Part shown: piece after piece, positions 12,533 to 24,256 of the stretch | Position numbering within the stretch: the stretch's first letter is position 1 | How the letters are laid out: each line of letters begins with the position of its first letter | Assembly: GCA_900088475.1 (NCBI GenBank) | Contig: FLMG01002058.1 | Coordinates: 1-47,664, forward strand | Length of the DNA: 47,664 nt | Source of the DNA: Hyphochytrium catenoides | Taxonomy: Eukaryota; Protista; Hyphochytriomycota | Reading direction: 5' to 3' | Position numbers and translations under genes: made by a program | Notes under the pieces: generated by a model | The model's database searches: none | Told to the model about the DNA's origin: nothing | The model's input: the letters and a program-made list of their open reading frames with translations, nothing else

Positions 12533-12973
12533 TCAATCGCTGAAGACTTCCAGATTGAGATTGAGAGCATGAATGGCTCGGTCTTCCAGCGGCAAGGCGA
12601 AGGCCCGAAGGTCATTGAAAGCAACGCGGAGCTCCAGACAGGGCGTTGGAAGTCTGAGAGAGTGCATTTCGCGAAGACCGGATCCCGAGTTGGTCATGGC
12701 AATAGTTGCTCCTACGGGTTTTGTAGAAGAATCCCTGGAGGATGTAGTTACTCCGAAGGAATGGATACGGAGATCCGCATTAGATGATCTCATGTAGGGC
12801 ATGATCCCTCCCCAGTCGGGAGGAGGTGGAGAGCGCATACATATGTCAACCCTGACCTTCACCCATTTTGATAAAGTAGGGACCAACCTCCTGTGAGCCG
12901 AGTGAGCTTGCATATGCCCTCCAGGTAGGCGGCGCCGACCTACTTTAAGGCGACAATAACTAGCAAGAGCCAT
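12533..12973 (-). CDS. Hypothetical 146-aa ORF between FANCI and VIT1
   Basis: ATG-initiated, free of microsatellites, protein-like C-terminus (LELRVAFNDLRAFALPLEDRAIHALNLNLEVFSD). No family recognised. Confidence 0.25.
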   Translation of the reverse strand: MALASYCRLKVGRRRLPGGHMQAHSAHRRLVPTLSKWVKVRVDICMRSPPPPDWGGIMPYMRSSNADLRIHSFGVTTSSRDSSTKPVGATIAMTNSGSGLREMHSLRLPTPCLELRVAFNDLRAFALPLEDRAIHALNLNLEVFSD

Positions 12974-13525
12974 AGCGGCTAAAAATAAAGGTAGAGCGAA
13001 CGAGCACGATAGGCAGGCAAATGCAGGGGCGCATGTTCATTCTCGAGCGTCATATATAGTGCATTAAGTAGTCGTGCATGTCATTTCTGGATACCGCTGC
13101 GGCCATCTCCAAACTCAGTCGTGCTGGACTGACTGGAAGGACATAGATTCCCTAGATCTACTTATGGGATGGACCGTTAAGGGTCCTAACATTCTCTCTT
13201 ACGCGATAACCATACTATGTATAGGAATAATGGACGCTGCCGGACTGCAGACGGAGTGCTTAACCGTGCATGCCCACAGCCTCGTGGGAAAGGGAGGGGA
13301 GTCACATGCCTTGCCGGTCTGCCTTCTTCACAAGCCAAGTCTCCTGTGCCACAGTCAGAAGAACGTTTTCCTATTGAATATCTTACGACTCAAGTGGTAC
13401 CAAAATTGACTGTATCAAGATTAAGCTGAGCTCCTCTCTCTCCTAGACAGACGCAGCTTACCCAGTTTGTCCGCCGACCCATCGCTACCCGTTTTCCTGC
13501 TCTCTCACTCTTCTTGTGCAGCTAC

Positions 13526-15819
13526 CTACGGTGCAGCATCGTCGATTCCTAATGACTTGAGCAAGTAACCAATAAAATAGCCGCTGCCTGCTGCTAACGT
13601 CCCATTAAACGCCATAATGGCACCACTGCGGGTCCACGGCTGGCCCACAAATTTACCCTGATCATCATCCAGAAAGGCATGCGGGATATCAATAAGCAAT
13701 TAAGACAGAGGACGGCGACAGAACGGAAAAGACGCAGCAGGTGGCAGTGAAAACCTAGTTGAACAAACTCAGACCGCCCTTAACCAGCAGCAGGGTCAAT
13801 AGATGACAAGCCAGCCTCAACCACAATGTTTAGAGGTCTAAGGGCTTGACTAAGACTATGAACCCCATCGATTGTGAGAGAGGGAGAGAATAAGGAGAAG
13901 TTGAGAGAGTGTTGACAAAGGACGGAGAGAGTGTAGACAAAAAGATAAAAGAGAATAGAGAGAAAGAGATCTCGGTCTGCGCACCTTTACGGCCCCAAGT
14001 AGGAAGAGTGTGACAAAGGTCATCACACAAGAAAAAGCTAACATTGCGTCTCCTCCCACTCGCAAGCCAGGGATAAGCCCCAGTAGGTAAGGGACAAGCG
14101 GAATGGAGCCAAACACCATGAAGGAGAGGAAGGTAACGAAGCCTGGTTGAAAGGGGGACGAAGGCAACCCAAGCATAAGGAAGAGAAGTTAGGAGGTTAT
14201 GGAGAAGAAATTAATTTATGGAAATGTGACAGCCCGGGGATTGAAACAGCTGAAAGGGCAAGTAAAGGAGGGAGAGAAGACTGATAGAGCACATAGAGGC
14301 TAATGCACTGAGGAGGGACCACTGCTCTCTTCTCTTCCTAAATATTTGGAGTAGGAAGGGACAGGTCGCGCGAAACGAAGAGAGTGCTCAAATTCACGGT
14401 GATAGCTGAAAGGCTTCGATAAACAGAGAGCCAACAGACATCATAGTGATATAGTTAAGGAGAGAGTTTGAAAGTAGCAGACCTCCAATCCAGGGATTCT
14501 CGTCCTCATCCACAGGCATGATGTTGAGTTCTTCAACCATCATGATGTCTACAAAAGCATTCTTGTACTTTGAAAGCGTCGACACAACAAGCCGTGCATC
14601 TTCCTTGCTGATGCCTTTGCTCTCATAGATTTCAACCATCTCGTCCATCTCCCCCTCTGGGTAGTTCTCAAGCTCCCTGAAGAAAAAAGAGGTGAAAGAA
14701 GAGTGAGGACAACAAGTCAGCAGGATGATAAGAAAGAAAGTATGAGCTTGTTGAGAGGCTACGTGAGGCACGGGGCCGCCTTAGTAAGCTCCAAACAAAT
14801 AGGGAGCTGGCATATAAGGAGGAGAACAAGGTATAGCGGCAATCAATAGTCAAAGATGCCAGGAGGAAAAAATTACACCGACGAGAGCTGAATCAAGTCT
14901 AAGACCACATCTTCGCATAAAAAAGTCTAAGTAGGGATTTGGCAGGTTCCAAGCGGAGGGAGCTATAGACTGAGAAAAAAGGCAAAGTTAACGAGCTAGA
15001 AGGAGAAGAAGCTCTTCTCACCAGACTTCTCTCTCTCTCTCATGTCTGTATAACTCATGCTCGGCCTGAGTGCTGAGGGCATCACCTAGACCCATCGAAA
15101 GTCCATCCGCGAACAAGTGCGCTAAGCCAAGAATCAGTATGACGCCGGACGACAGACCACTGCCGGCTACGGTGGTCACAGTTGCGAACGTTGTGATAAT
15201 GCCATCTAAACCTCCGTACACGGCGCTCTTGATGTGATCTCCTCCAGACCTGGGAGACAAGATGAAGAGAGACGCCAGGCGGTTAGGGGTATAGATGTGT
15301 CGCGGGCGCGATACTATCGAATTGAAAGAGCTCAGATGGTCCCATGGCTTGCGAGACTAGGATAGTAACCACCAGACCATCGAGATAGGCGCTACCAGGA
15401 TTGGCGGTCTTACAGGTGCTTTTCGCCGGCTTGTCCCTTCTTCAGGTCATGGATGAGCCTCGACCGCTCCTGGTCATTGGAGGTGTATGCCCCTCGGACG
15501 GAGACTTTCCAGTCCTATCGAACCAAGGATCGTCAAACTAGAGACAAACTTTTGTACGCATGGAACCTTCAGCAAAGACTGAGACTAAGAAGAACCAGGA
15601 AGCCATAACCGACTGACTGCAGTACGAAAGCCTTAACGACGAGCTGGGAAACATAGGCAGTGCGTAGTTAGCAAAGTTCAAAATTGACAGCAAGCACGAA
15701 CGTTAAGCCAACATCCCTACGCGTAGAAAGTAGTATAGGTACTAGACCTGATCAAGAATCTCTTGTCCGGAGACCTTCCCGCCATTGCTGGCAACTGCTC
15801 CGTAGTTTTCCTTTACCAT
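13526..15819 (-). CDS. VIT1: VIT1/CCC1 family vacuolar iron/manganese transporter (6 exons)
   Basis: Exons 15819-15748 (MVKENYG...), 15514-15414 and four more splice to: GGDHIKSAVYGGLDGIITTFATVTTVAGSGL...HLFADGLSMGLGDALS...EREREVWELENYPEGEMDEMVEIY...VDIMMVEELN...FLSFMVFGSIPLVPY...LFLLGAVKGKFVGQPWTRSG...GYFIGYLL. The transmembrane metal-binding Asp and Met and the Glu-rich cytoplasmic domain are present. Confidence 0.93.
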
Positions 15820-16887
15820 GATGATCTTCAGCCCCTAGCTCTCTTCTGCAAAGTAGTCTTTAATGGACTGCACACCTTTCTAAGATGGCGCTCGTCTCTT
15901 GATCCCCCGCGTCCCCGGTGCCACTCCTCACCAAGCTTCACACCGACCACTTTCCTTGCAGGTGGCTGGAACCTTTGATTAGCTCTATTAAAGTGTCTCA
16001 GCCGCGCAGATTCTGCGGATCTGTCATCAGAAGGTAGGCAGGCAAGCGGTGCTGGCCACGGTGTCTCTGGATGAGAAGAACGGACATCATCGGAAGTTGG
16101 CAGCGTCCCACGTTCGCGCTTCCCTTCTGACAACCTCTCCATCTCTTCAGCTCCTTCTAATATCTCTTCAAGGTCTATTAAAGCCATATACTATACATAT
16201 CCTAGCCTCTGTATCTCTCTTCCCTTCCACTCTGTCTTTCCTAGACAGATAGTCTGAGGCTTTCCCTCCCAAACTTTTCTCCCTCCTTCTCTTCCACTAT
16301 CAGAGGTCCCCCAGTAGAACCACAGATTAATTGCCGTTAGCGGTTATAAATGCTTGCTGTTGGTTCTGCTTGTGTCCTTTCATCTTTCGCGGACAGCCGA
16401 CCACGGAGATGAGAACCCAGCCAATCTTATGTTGGAGAAGGAAGTGGCTAGCCACCGGTGACAGAAGAAAGAACGCCACAGCGCTCCAGTGCGATTATGA
16501 AGGAAAGCTTCCAGCAGGGACAATGAAGCTGGTACTAGCCATACGAGGTTGTAATGACAGTGGAGTCTGGGGTCGGGGTAGGTCAAGAGAGTGTGAAGGG
16601 AAAGCAGAAGACCACCAAGGAGAAACGTTATGAATGAGCACGGACCTAGAAGGAGGCGTTACTTCCCTTCTTTTCAAGAGATCATCACCGTTGGGTCTCT
16701 AGCAAGTTCCATCAATGGGGGAAGAAGCTGACGATATTAGCGAAATCTGCTGTCTCTCTAGTGCGAGATGTCTCATAGGGTTATATTGTGACTGCGGGGA
16801 TAAGCTCAGCGGATCCTGAACGACGAGGGTTGCATTGCACCACGAAGCACTGATTTGCCCTTAACATAATTTCACTGGATATGCTAA

Positions 16888-19255
16888 TTAGACATCCAGT
16901 CCTCCAGAAGCCAACGGAGCACTGGAGGTCATGCGCTTTGTATTTAATGGGAGTGTAGCATGGCGCAGCTGTAGTCTCATTCTTGCATCCTCATCAAAGA
17001 GGGCAAAGGGGTCGACCTCAATAGGGCGAAGAGTCTTCAGCCCAGTGCGCCAAGTAACGCCCTCGTCCCTGTATTGGGAGATGAGGTACTTGTGGTAGAT
17101 GGCCTGCAGGCCCAGGAAGGTGATTCTTAGCATGGGGGACAACTTGCCGAGGAGTATACATTCAACTTTCGCCCTCCGGTGTCTCTTCAAGATAAAGCCA
17201 AGTGAAAAAGCGCGTACAGAGAAGAAAGAACATGGAGCTTTACAACGAAGAGGGTGGACGGCTACAGAAGAAGAAGAGGAAGAAGAGCTCCGGGAGAGGA
17301 CAATAAAGCTTCACCTTATCCTTGTACAATGCATCACAAAGAGGACTATTGAGTGCAGTTGCCATGATATTCCTAACGGCCTCCGCATACAGTTTCGGAT
17401 CCTGTCTCTCCTCTGGCGAAGGATTGTAAGACGGCAGATACCGGACCTGCATGCGATTATGGAACTGAAAGGGAGCGGAGTAAGTGCCTACCATCCGGAA
17501 GTGGGTGAAACCGAGACCAATGTAAGGAAGATGAGGGGTGCGCAGGTTGAAACTAAACTAGCAACTGCTGACCTGCATCAACAGTCGAAGAGAGAAGACT
17601 TCTGTCCAGATCGTCTCATAGGTAGGAGAGAAGTGCTTGAAAGGAAGGGAGACAACCACTGGTTGCACTGGGAGACCTCCGAGGAAGGCACCAGAACGAA
17701 AGGAGATTAAACTCGTTCCATTCGTGGTTGTCCCTAGAAGACATAAAGGCGGAACAGGTAACCAAAAGGTCAGGCCATTGAAAAGGAAAGCGACAGCTCG
17801 GAAGGTTGAGAATTTCTGCACACGTATAAATGTCTTTCTGTTTTGCTCTCTAGCGCGCAGGCCCTGTGCCTCTTCTCTTTGCTTCTTCCTTGCTGTTGCT
17901 TAACTCTGTGGTCTATGGTCGTCACACCTTCTGGGAAGAGAAGGAGAGGCCGGTACTCGTCGGGAGATGCTGTAGCCATAGCGTCTAGTCTCTCCAATAG
18001 AGCTGCCGAGCCTCCTGATCCTCTCTTCTGGTTATTCACTGAGACCGACTGAAGTACCTAATAAGCAAAGAGAGCCACTGTTGGCGAAATGGTGACGGGA
18101 ATAGGTGGCAAGCGGCTGGGAACAGTATAACACTAGGACGAGGCGAGACGAGCAGACAAGAGAGGGAGAGAGAGAGAGAGAGAAAAGGTATAACCGAGGC
18201 GGGGAGAGAGCGGGGGAGAGAGACAGCTAGATGGGGGAGAGCGAGAGTGAAGAGAAGAGGGATGGGGCTAACAGAATAGTAAACTGAGGTCCCCATACCT
18301 CCCGGGCTATGGTGCCCACGAACGGCAGTTTGAGACAATCCTCTTTCATCACGAAGGACGGGCAGGAGGGCGATGACATGAAATAGAGGATCTCGACCAC
18401 AGAGAGGTGGTTCGACACGATAATGGGTGCCACTCTCTCTCCTCTGCCTCCTTTTCTTTGGCCACAGTCTTCCTCCCCGTAGACTTCTAGATAATGAAAT
18501 CCCATGGCGAACAATAGAAAACTGGGAGAGATATGAAGAAGTAAAGTAAGGTCTAAGGTCTATTTCTCATGAACCTCTAACAGTTTAACTCTCTCTCTCT
18601 CTCTCTCCCTTCTCTCTCTCTCTCTCTCTCTCGTCCATTGACTGATAAAGTTATTACTGTCCATCGATGCTCTCCCCACTCGCACGTCCTCGCTCTTTGT
18701 ACATTCTTTTCCTACCTACAACCTCTTTTGTCCACATCGTTAACGCTCTTACCGGGACATTATTCTTGTCAACAGCCTAAGACTTGGCCTCTTGCCGAAG
18801 AGGGTAGCAAGCAAGAGAGAGACTCGCGCTATAACATAGTATGAAAGCGTAATCAAGACGCAGAGAAGTAAACGAAGTGGCAGGAGAGAGAAGAGACTGA
18901 GAACCATCTTCGCTATCTCGTAAGGCCCAGGGTCTCTGTCAACTCTTTCGAAAGGGAAGTAGGGGAATGAGGAGGAGGAGGCAATGACAGAGGGAAGAGG
19001 AGGCGAGAGCACTGAGCCCCCTGCTTCGGCTGTCGCCTGTCTTAAATAGTCCTGGGAAAGATCCGGAGCTCTGAAAAGAGGAACAATTCTTCTCCTGGTC
19101 GGAGAACGTGAAGAGCATATTGTCAGCCCTTCTGGCGGCACTTCTTCAGCTGCCTCAATTCGTGGAGTGACTTCTGCCAGTGAGCCATAGTCCTTGCTGG
19201 CAGAGCCAGGAGGTGCTGCCGATGAAGCTGAAGGTTGATCTTCTTCTTCTTTCAT
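16888..19255 (-). CDS. Lysophospholipid acyltransferase, PlsC/AGPAT family (LPCAT/LPEAT-like), 6 exons, no EF-hands seen
   Basis: Spliced: MKEEEDQP...YEIAKMVLSLFSLLPLRLLL...RFLLFAMGFHYLEV...PIIVSNHLSVVEILYFMS...PSFVMKEDCLKLPFVGTIARE...LLLFPEGTTTNGTSLISFRSGAFLGGLPVQPV...VRYLPSYNPSPEERQDPKLYAEAVRNIMA. Contains acyltransferase blocks I and III. Confidence 0.9.
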
Positions 19256-22200
19256 AGCAGTAAGACCGTCGACAGGAGGAAGAAAGGCCAACGAGAATTC
19301 AGAAAGACAAGGAAAGAGTACAGGACGCGCCCATCGAAAGTTTAAAGCGTTCTTGCTTCCATTGCCGCTTCCTCTGCCTCCTGCGGTGCTACAGCGCAAG
19401 ATGAAAGGACTCAACAGCGCCGATCAAGAGTCAGGGAGCCCAGGAGAAGCAAGTTCAACGGCGTCGGCAGGCGCCAGAGCAATAGGGAGCAGCAGCCAAA
19501 GATCAATGAAGAGGAGAGAGCTGCAGGATGATAAGGGCAACAACTCTTCACACCGCTGAGAACTATAAGCAGACAATCTAAGTCAGTCTTAATATCTGAG
19601 GCCTTTGAGAAAGCGATAATATAAGGACTGTAAGGAACTATCAACCCTTTCAACCTTGGAGGACCAGGATTAGATACGACTATTAGGGGCAGCGAGCGCC
19701 TTTCTTCCTCCTATTTCTTTGATTTATAATGGGAGAGCAGCGCGGATGGAGGCGTGGCTATCACCGCTGCTGGACGTAGTAGATCATAATGATTTTCTTG
19801 CTTTCTTACTTCTCATGATCACTCTTTTCTGAGACAAGAAGTGAGAGAAGATAAGGAGAAGGCGGCACGTTATCTCACGTGGAGAAGGTTGACATCCAGG
19901 TGAAGAACATGAATGAGATCAGCCGCAGCAGAAGGAAGAGGCCGGGACAGCAACCACCAACAAACCAAGTAAGGTCATCCCACCACACTAGTAGTAGCCC
20001 TCTCCGTGGTGCCCCTTGCCGTGGGCTCATCCTCCTGCTCCTTCTCCTCATCCTTTGCTCAGACTTCTCTATCTGGGAGCACGTAAGAAAATATTTGTTG
20101 TTTGTTTTGTGCCGATAGTTCTTCTTCATTCTAGTCTCTGTCCTTTCTTAATCCTCATCCTGCTGCTGTCCGCGATGGATAGCTGGAGGAGAGCGAGGAC
20201 GTGCGTAACTAACGGGAGGTTATAGAAAGAAGAGCCTTGTAGTAGAGATGCAGCGCCACATCATGAAGACACTGGTTGGTCCCTCCTCCTCCTCCTTCTT
20301 TTCTTCGTTCACCTGCCGCTGGCATAAAAGAAGAGATTGACGTCCCGTTGACATAACTGGCCCCACTCTTCTTATGGTTCTGGCCATCTGGAAGTTTTAG
20401 TTAGGAGAGGAAGAAATAGAGAAGGATGATGATGGCGTAGAAAGAACAACAGCAAGGGAAACGTCGATGGGGTGAAGAAACACCAAAGCTGCTACGTCAG
20501 GGCTTTTCAAAGTCGGCTTCTTTTCTTTCTTGTTCTATCCACTTCTTGCCGTCTCTCTCACCGACATAATATTGGTAATCCCTTCTTACGAGGGTATCCA
20601 CGTGGTCTTTTGCTTCGCCCTTCCTACCTCTCAGCTTTCTTCCTCTTTCTTCTTCTTTTCATGGGTTGTCCCTCTTTGCTGATTGCCTCATCTCTCTCTC
20701 TCTACTACTCAATCTAGATGTTTCCGTCTGTTTGCAAAGCGGTTTGCACTTCTAGTGACATCGTACCTCCTTCTTCTTCGCCTGTACTTTCTATCTTTCT
20801 CTCTCTCTCTGTCACTCTGTCTCTCAGCAATAAGAATATGATCCGTTCCACATCTCTTCTCTCTCTCCACACTTCTCTCTCAGTATCCTTAGCGAAAGAG
20901 CAGTCACCAGCATACAGAGGACGAAGGAAGAGTCCACCAACCAGCCAGGCGACGCAAGCAGGCAGCACATCATCTCTCCACGTTGTTTCCCTCTCTCTCC
21001 TTTCTTTAGTGCTTTAAAAGCAGCCGATCTCTCTCTCTGTCTCATCATCAGTCTTCCAATAATAGAGAGAGCAGCAGCAGGAGGAAGAAGAAGGAAGAAC
21101 CAAAGAGATGCAGAAGGCAGGCGGCACATCATCTACCGTTTTGTCAGTACGTCACAAAAGGTGAGAGAGACAAGGAAGGCCCAAGACAGAGTGGACGAAC
21201 TGTAGGCATTGGACCCCAGATGTGATAGCGTGAGATGGAGGGTGAGGAAGACAGAGAGAGACGGGACACGAGGAACGAGCATAGGAAGTGATCACTGAAG
21301 AGTCAAGAAAGGGAGAAGCCCCTTTGGGCTTCTTGGCGACTATAATCGGTCATGGACCTCTCTGCCACTTCAAAGTAACCCATTGTAAATGATAGCGCAC
21401 TAGAAGGAGGGACAGCTAACTTATCTTATAGACCACATGAATCTTGAATTGCGGGTTTATACGAATATCTAAGGGTTATAAAACGGGTGAATTATGAGAA
21501 GCTGGCTCTTTCTAATCGGACCACAAGTTAAACATTCTGATATTGTGGTCAGTTCTGGTCCATTATGAAAGGTTGAGATATGTTGTTGTTCTGTTTGGTG
21601 GTTTGCGCTAGGTTGTGACAGTCGCGCATTACTAATCTGATAGAGAGGGTGCTTAACACCGGCTAAGATGACCGGTTGGGTAGTATTATTAGCTGATGTG
21701 TTGAAGCAGAAAATAGCCAAAAGGTCAGAATGCCATCTCTCCCCCTCCACCTCTTATGCACTCTGTCTCATTAGAGACTGAGTCTGTCTACCGGTATTTT
21801 CCTTTAGTAAACGTAATCCTCTCTATCTCACTCCTTCCACCTCTTGCATCTCACTCCACTCTGTCTTGCATTGTGTTGTCTCTTTCTCCTTCTTCCTGCG
21901 TTTCTTATGAAGTAAGTTGCAGGTCGGCAGAAAGGCTGACGTGACCTCCTCTGCCCCTCGCATCGTGATGTCACAGCCACAGCAGCGATGGCGCCATCTG
22001 AAGCTTGATTGAGACCGAGAAGAATCCAATGGCGAGCTTCAATCATTGAGAAGCATTCGCCGGATCAAACAGGAGCCCGGTACCAATAGAAGAAGAGATC
22101 AAGACGCGAGGGAAGACAACAGGTGTTATTGCCGCGTTAGGTAGAGGACCACTCGACTTGGAGAAAGGTTTTTGCCATTGGAGCACTTGGAGCACCAGCA

Positions 22201-22363
22201 CAGGTGAAAGTTCTCACTGGCACAACATCAGAAAGACTACTATTCGCCACCGTTGTCGATGGCTGCATGAACTGAAGGAAAGCGAAGGTGTGCTGTATAG
22301 TCAAGGAGCGCCTATCGCGTTCTGTGTACCTGCTACCTTTAGCATCTGTCTTAAGCACCAACA

Positions 22364-23149
22364 ATGTGCATCCTTGCGGACTTTCACTACGAGGTTCGCC
22401 CTACGGCTCATCGGCCTCGGGATGAGAAGGCTCAGTACTATGAGTTCAGGATTGTCAACCGGAGGACGCAGCAGAGCTGGAAGATTTACAGACGGTACAA
22501 TGACTTCTACGACCTCCGCAAGCGTCTGATGGACGCGATGTGGTGCCGAATGAACTTCCACCGTTCAGCGTGTGAAGGCCGATGCTGGGCAACGAGGAGC
22601 TACATCGACATCACTTACCCGAGGAAAACCCCAAGATTTTTTGTATTGAACGCGCAAACACTAGTGAACAAAAGGGCAGCGATGTTTCAAGAATTTCTCA
22701 GAACGGTGTCCGCTTATGTTGCCGACGACAAGTTCCAGAAGTGCGCGTCTGGTTATAGACAGAGTCTGGAGGTCATTAGCGCTTTCCTAGGCGTTGCGAC
22801 GAGTAGAGAGGAGAGAGTGAGAAATGCCATGGCCAAGCTGAGAGAAGTGAGTACAGTGAGCGAAGAGGATCTCCTGTCAGAAGCTTCAAGTAGTGCAGAC
22901 GTCTGCCCTGTGTGTCTAGGAAGATGGCATGACTCTTTTTTTGACGACGAAGAAGAAGAGGAGATGGAAAAGCATGACGAAGGGAGACCAGAAGAAGAGA
23001 GCTGTTGCCACCGTCGTCCAGGAGAAGTGCTGGAGCTGCCCTGTCATCATCGCTTTCATGTGCATTGCATTGGTCAGTGGTTTGAGAAGGACGATGAGCT
23101 TCAATGCCCAGTATGCAGAGCAGGGGTGGTGCCCGTTGTATCTCCTTAG
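22364..23149 (+). CDS. PX (phox) domain + C-terminal RING-H2 protein, putative phosphoinositide-binding E3 ligase; single exon
   Basis: PX: YYEFRIVNRRTQQSWKIYRRYNDFYDLRKRL...YPRKTP...VNKRAAMFQEFL. RING-H2: CPVC-x42-CHH-x2-H-x2-C-x12-CPVC, with the conserved Trp (CIGQW). Confidence 0.88.
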   Translation: MCILADFHYEVRPTAHRPRDEKAQYYEFRIVNRRTQQSWKIYRRYNDFYDLRKRLMDAMWCRMNFHRSACEGRCWATRSYIDITYPRKTPRFFVLNAQTLVNKRAAMFQEFLRTVSAYVADDKFQKCASGYRQSLEVISAFLGVATSREERVRNAMAKLREVSTVSEEDLLSEASSSADVCPVCLGRWHDSFFDDEEEEEMEKHDEGRPEEESCCHRRPGEVLELPCHHRFHVHCIGQWFEKDDELQCPVCRAGVVPVVSP

Positions 23150-24256
23150 AGGTTAGGTAGGCCTGTAGATATGAAAGGATTAGGATAGAAAGCAGATAAG
23201 GGAAGAAGAAAGAGACAAACAACACATTAGTGATTGGAGAGACGTAGTAGCGTAGCGGCAGTGATTGATAGATGTAGGTTTCTAGGGGAAGAAGCAGTAG
23301 GGACTTATCTATTCAGATAGCGCCAAGGTAGAAGAGAGATATGAAAATAAGGTACTTTAGGACACAATAGAAGAGATAGAGGAGAGAGCGAGATGGAAGT
23401 GAGGAATCGCCGACCAGAGAATGACTTAGTGCGATAGAGGTAAAGGAAGGTGAGAAGCTTAAGTATGACTATAACCGAAGCAGCGCCCACAAAGCTTCGC
23501 GGTCTTCTCCTCGGTAGGCAGTCGTTGCCTCCCCTGTAGACTCCCGTCTGCTGCCTCTTGATTGTGGTCTTCTCCGCCCATGAATGTGGCCCTCTCCTCT
23601 AATGCTAGTCAACTGCTCCTCTGTAGAGAGTCATACTCTCTAAAGACAACCGTCTCTGCTTCTTTCTCTGTTAATTAAATCTTCTTTTTCATCCTCTACC
23701 CTTCTTGACCTTCAGCGGCACTTCTAGAGGATGGAAGTGCTTTCAAGCCACCAAGAGTGCAAGGATGTCCAGTATTCTTAATATCTGGCCTGAAAACATG
23801 ATACATCCGTAATATCGTGGGGTCGTATTAGGGACATTATTGAAGTTGCTTCTCTGCCATCTCTGAGGTCCTGCGAATCTTTTGTTCTCATCTGTATGAG
23901 AGCAAGAGGGAGAGAGAGGGGGGGAGAGAGAGAGAGAGANNNNNNNNNNNNNNNNNNNNNNNNNNNNNNNNNNNNNNNNNNNNNNNAGAGTGAGAGAGAG
24001 AGAGAGAAGCGATGGTTACTTTTGGATGCCATGGGCAAGGGATGACGCCATAGTCTCTCTTCCTCTTCATCATAGAGGAAGTGCGCTGACCAGAAGGGCA
24101 TTGAGCGACGGAGGAGAGGCGCTTCATAGAAGACTCCCTGCTCGGTCTATCTCTCCTGTCCGCACTCGTTCTCTCGACCCTTCCACACTCTCTCTCTCTC
24201 TCTCTCTTCTTTATCTCTGTCTCTCTCTCGGGTGCTCTCCTACCCTCTCAGATAGG

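Noticed and set aside
19411-22363. Short ORFs in the LPCAT / PX-RING intergenic region
   Set aside because: Low complexity or no recognisable motifs, and no consistent exon chain or transposon signature found.
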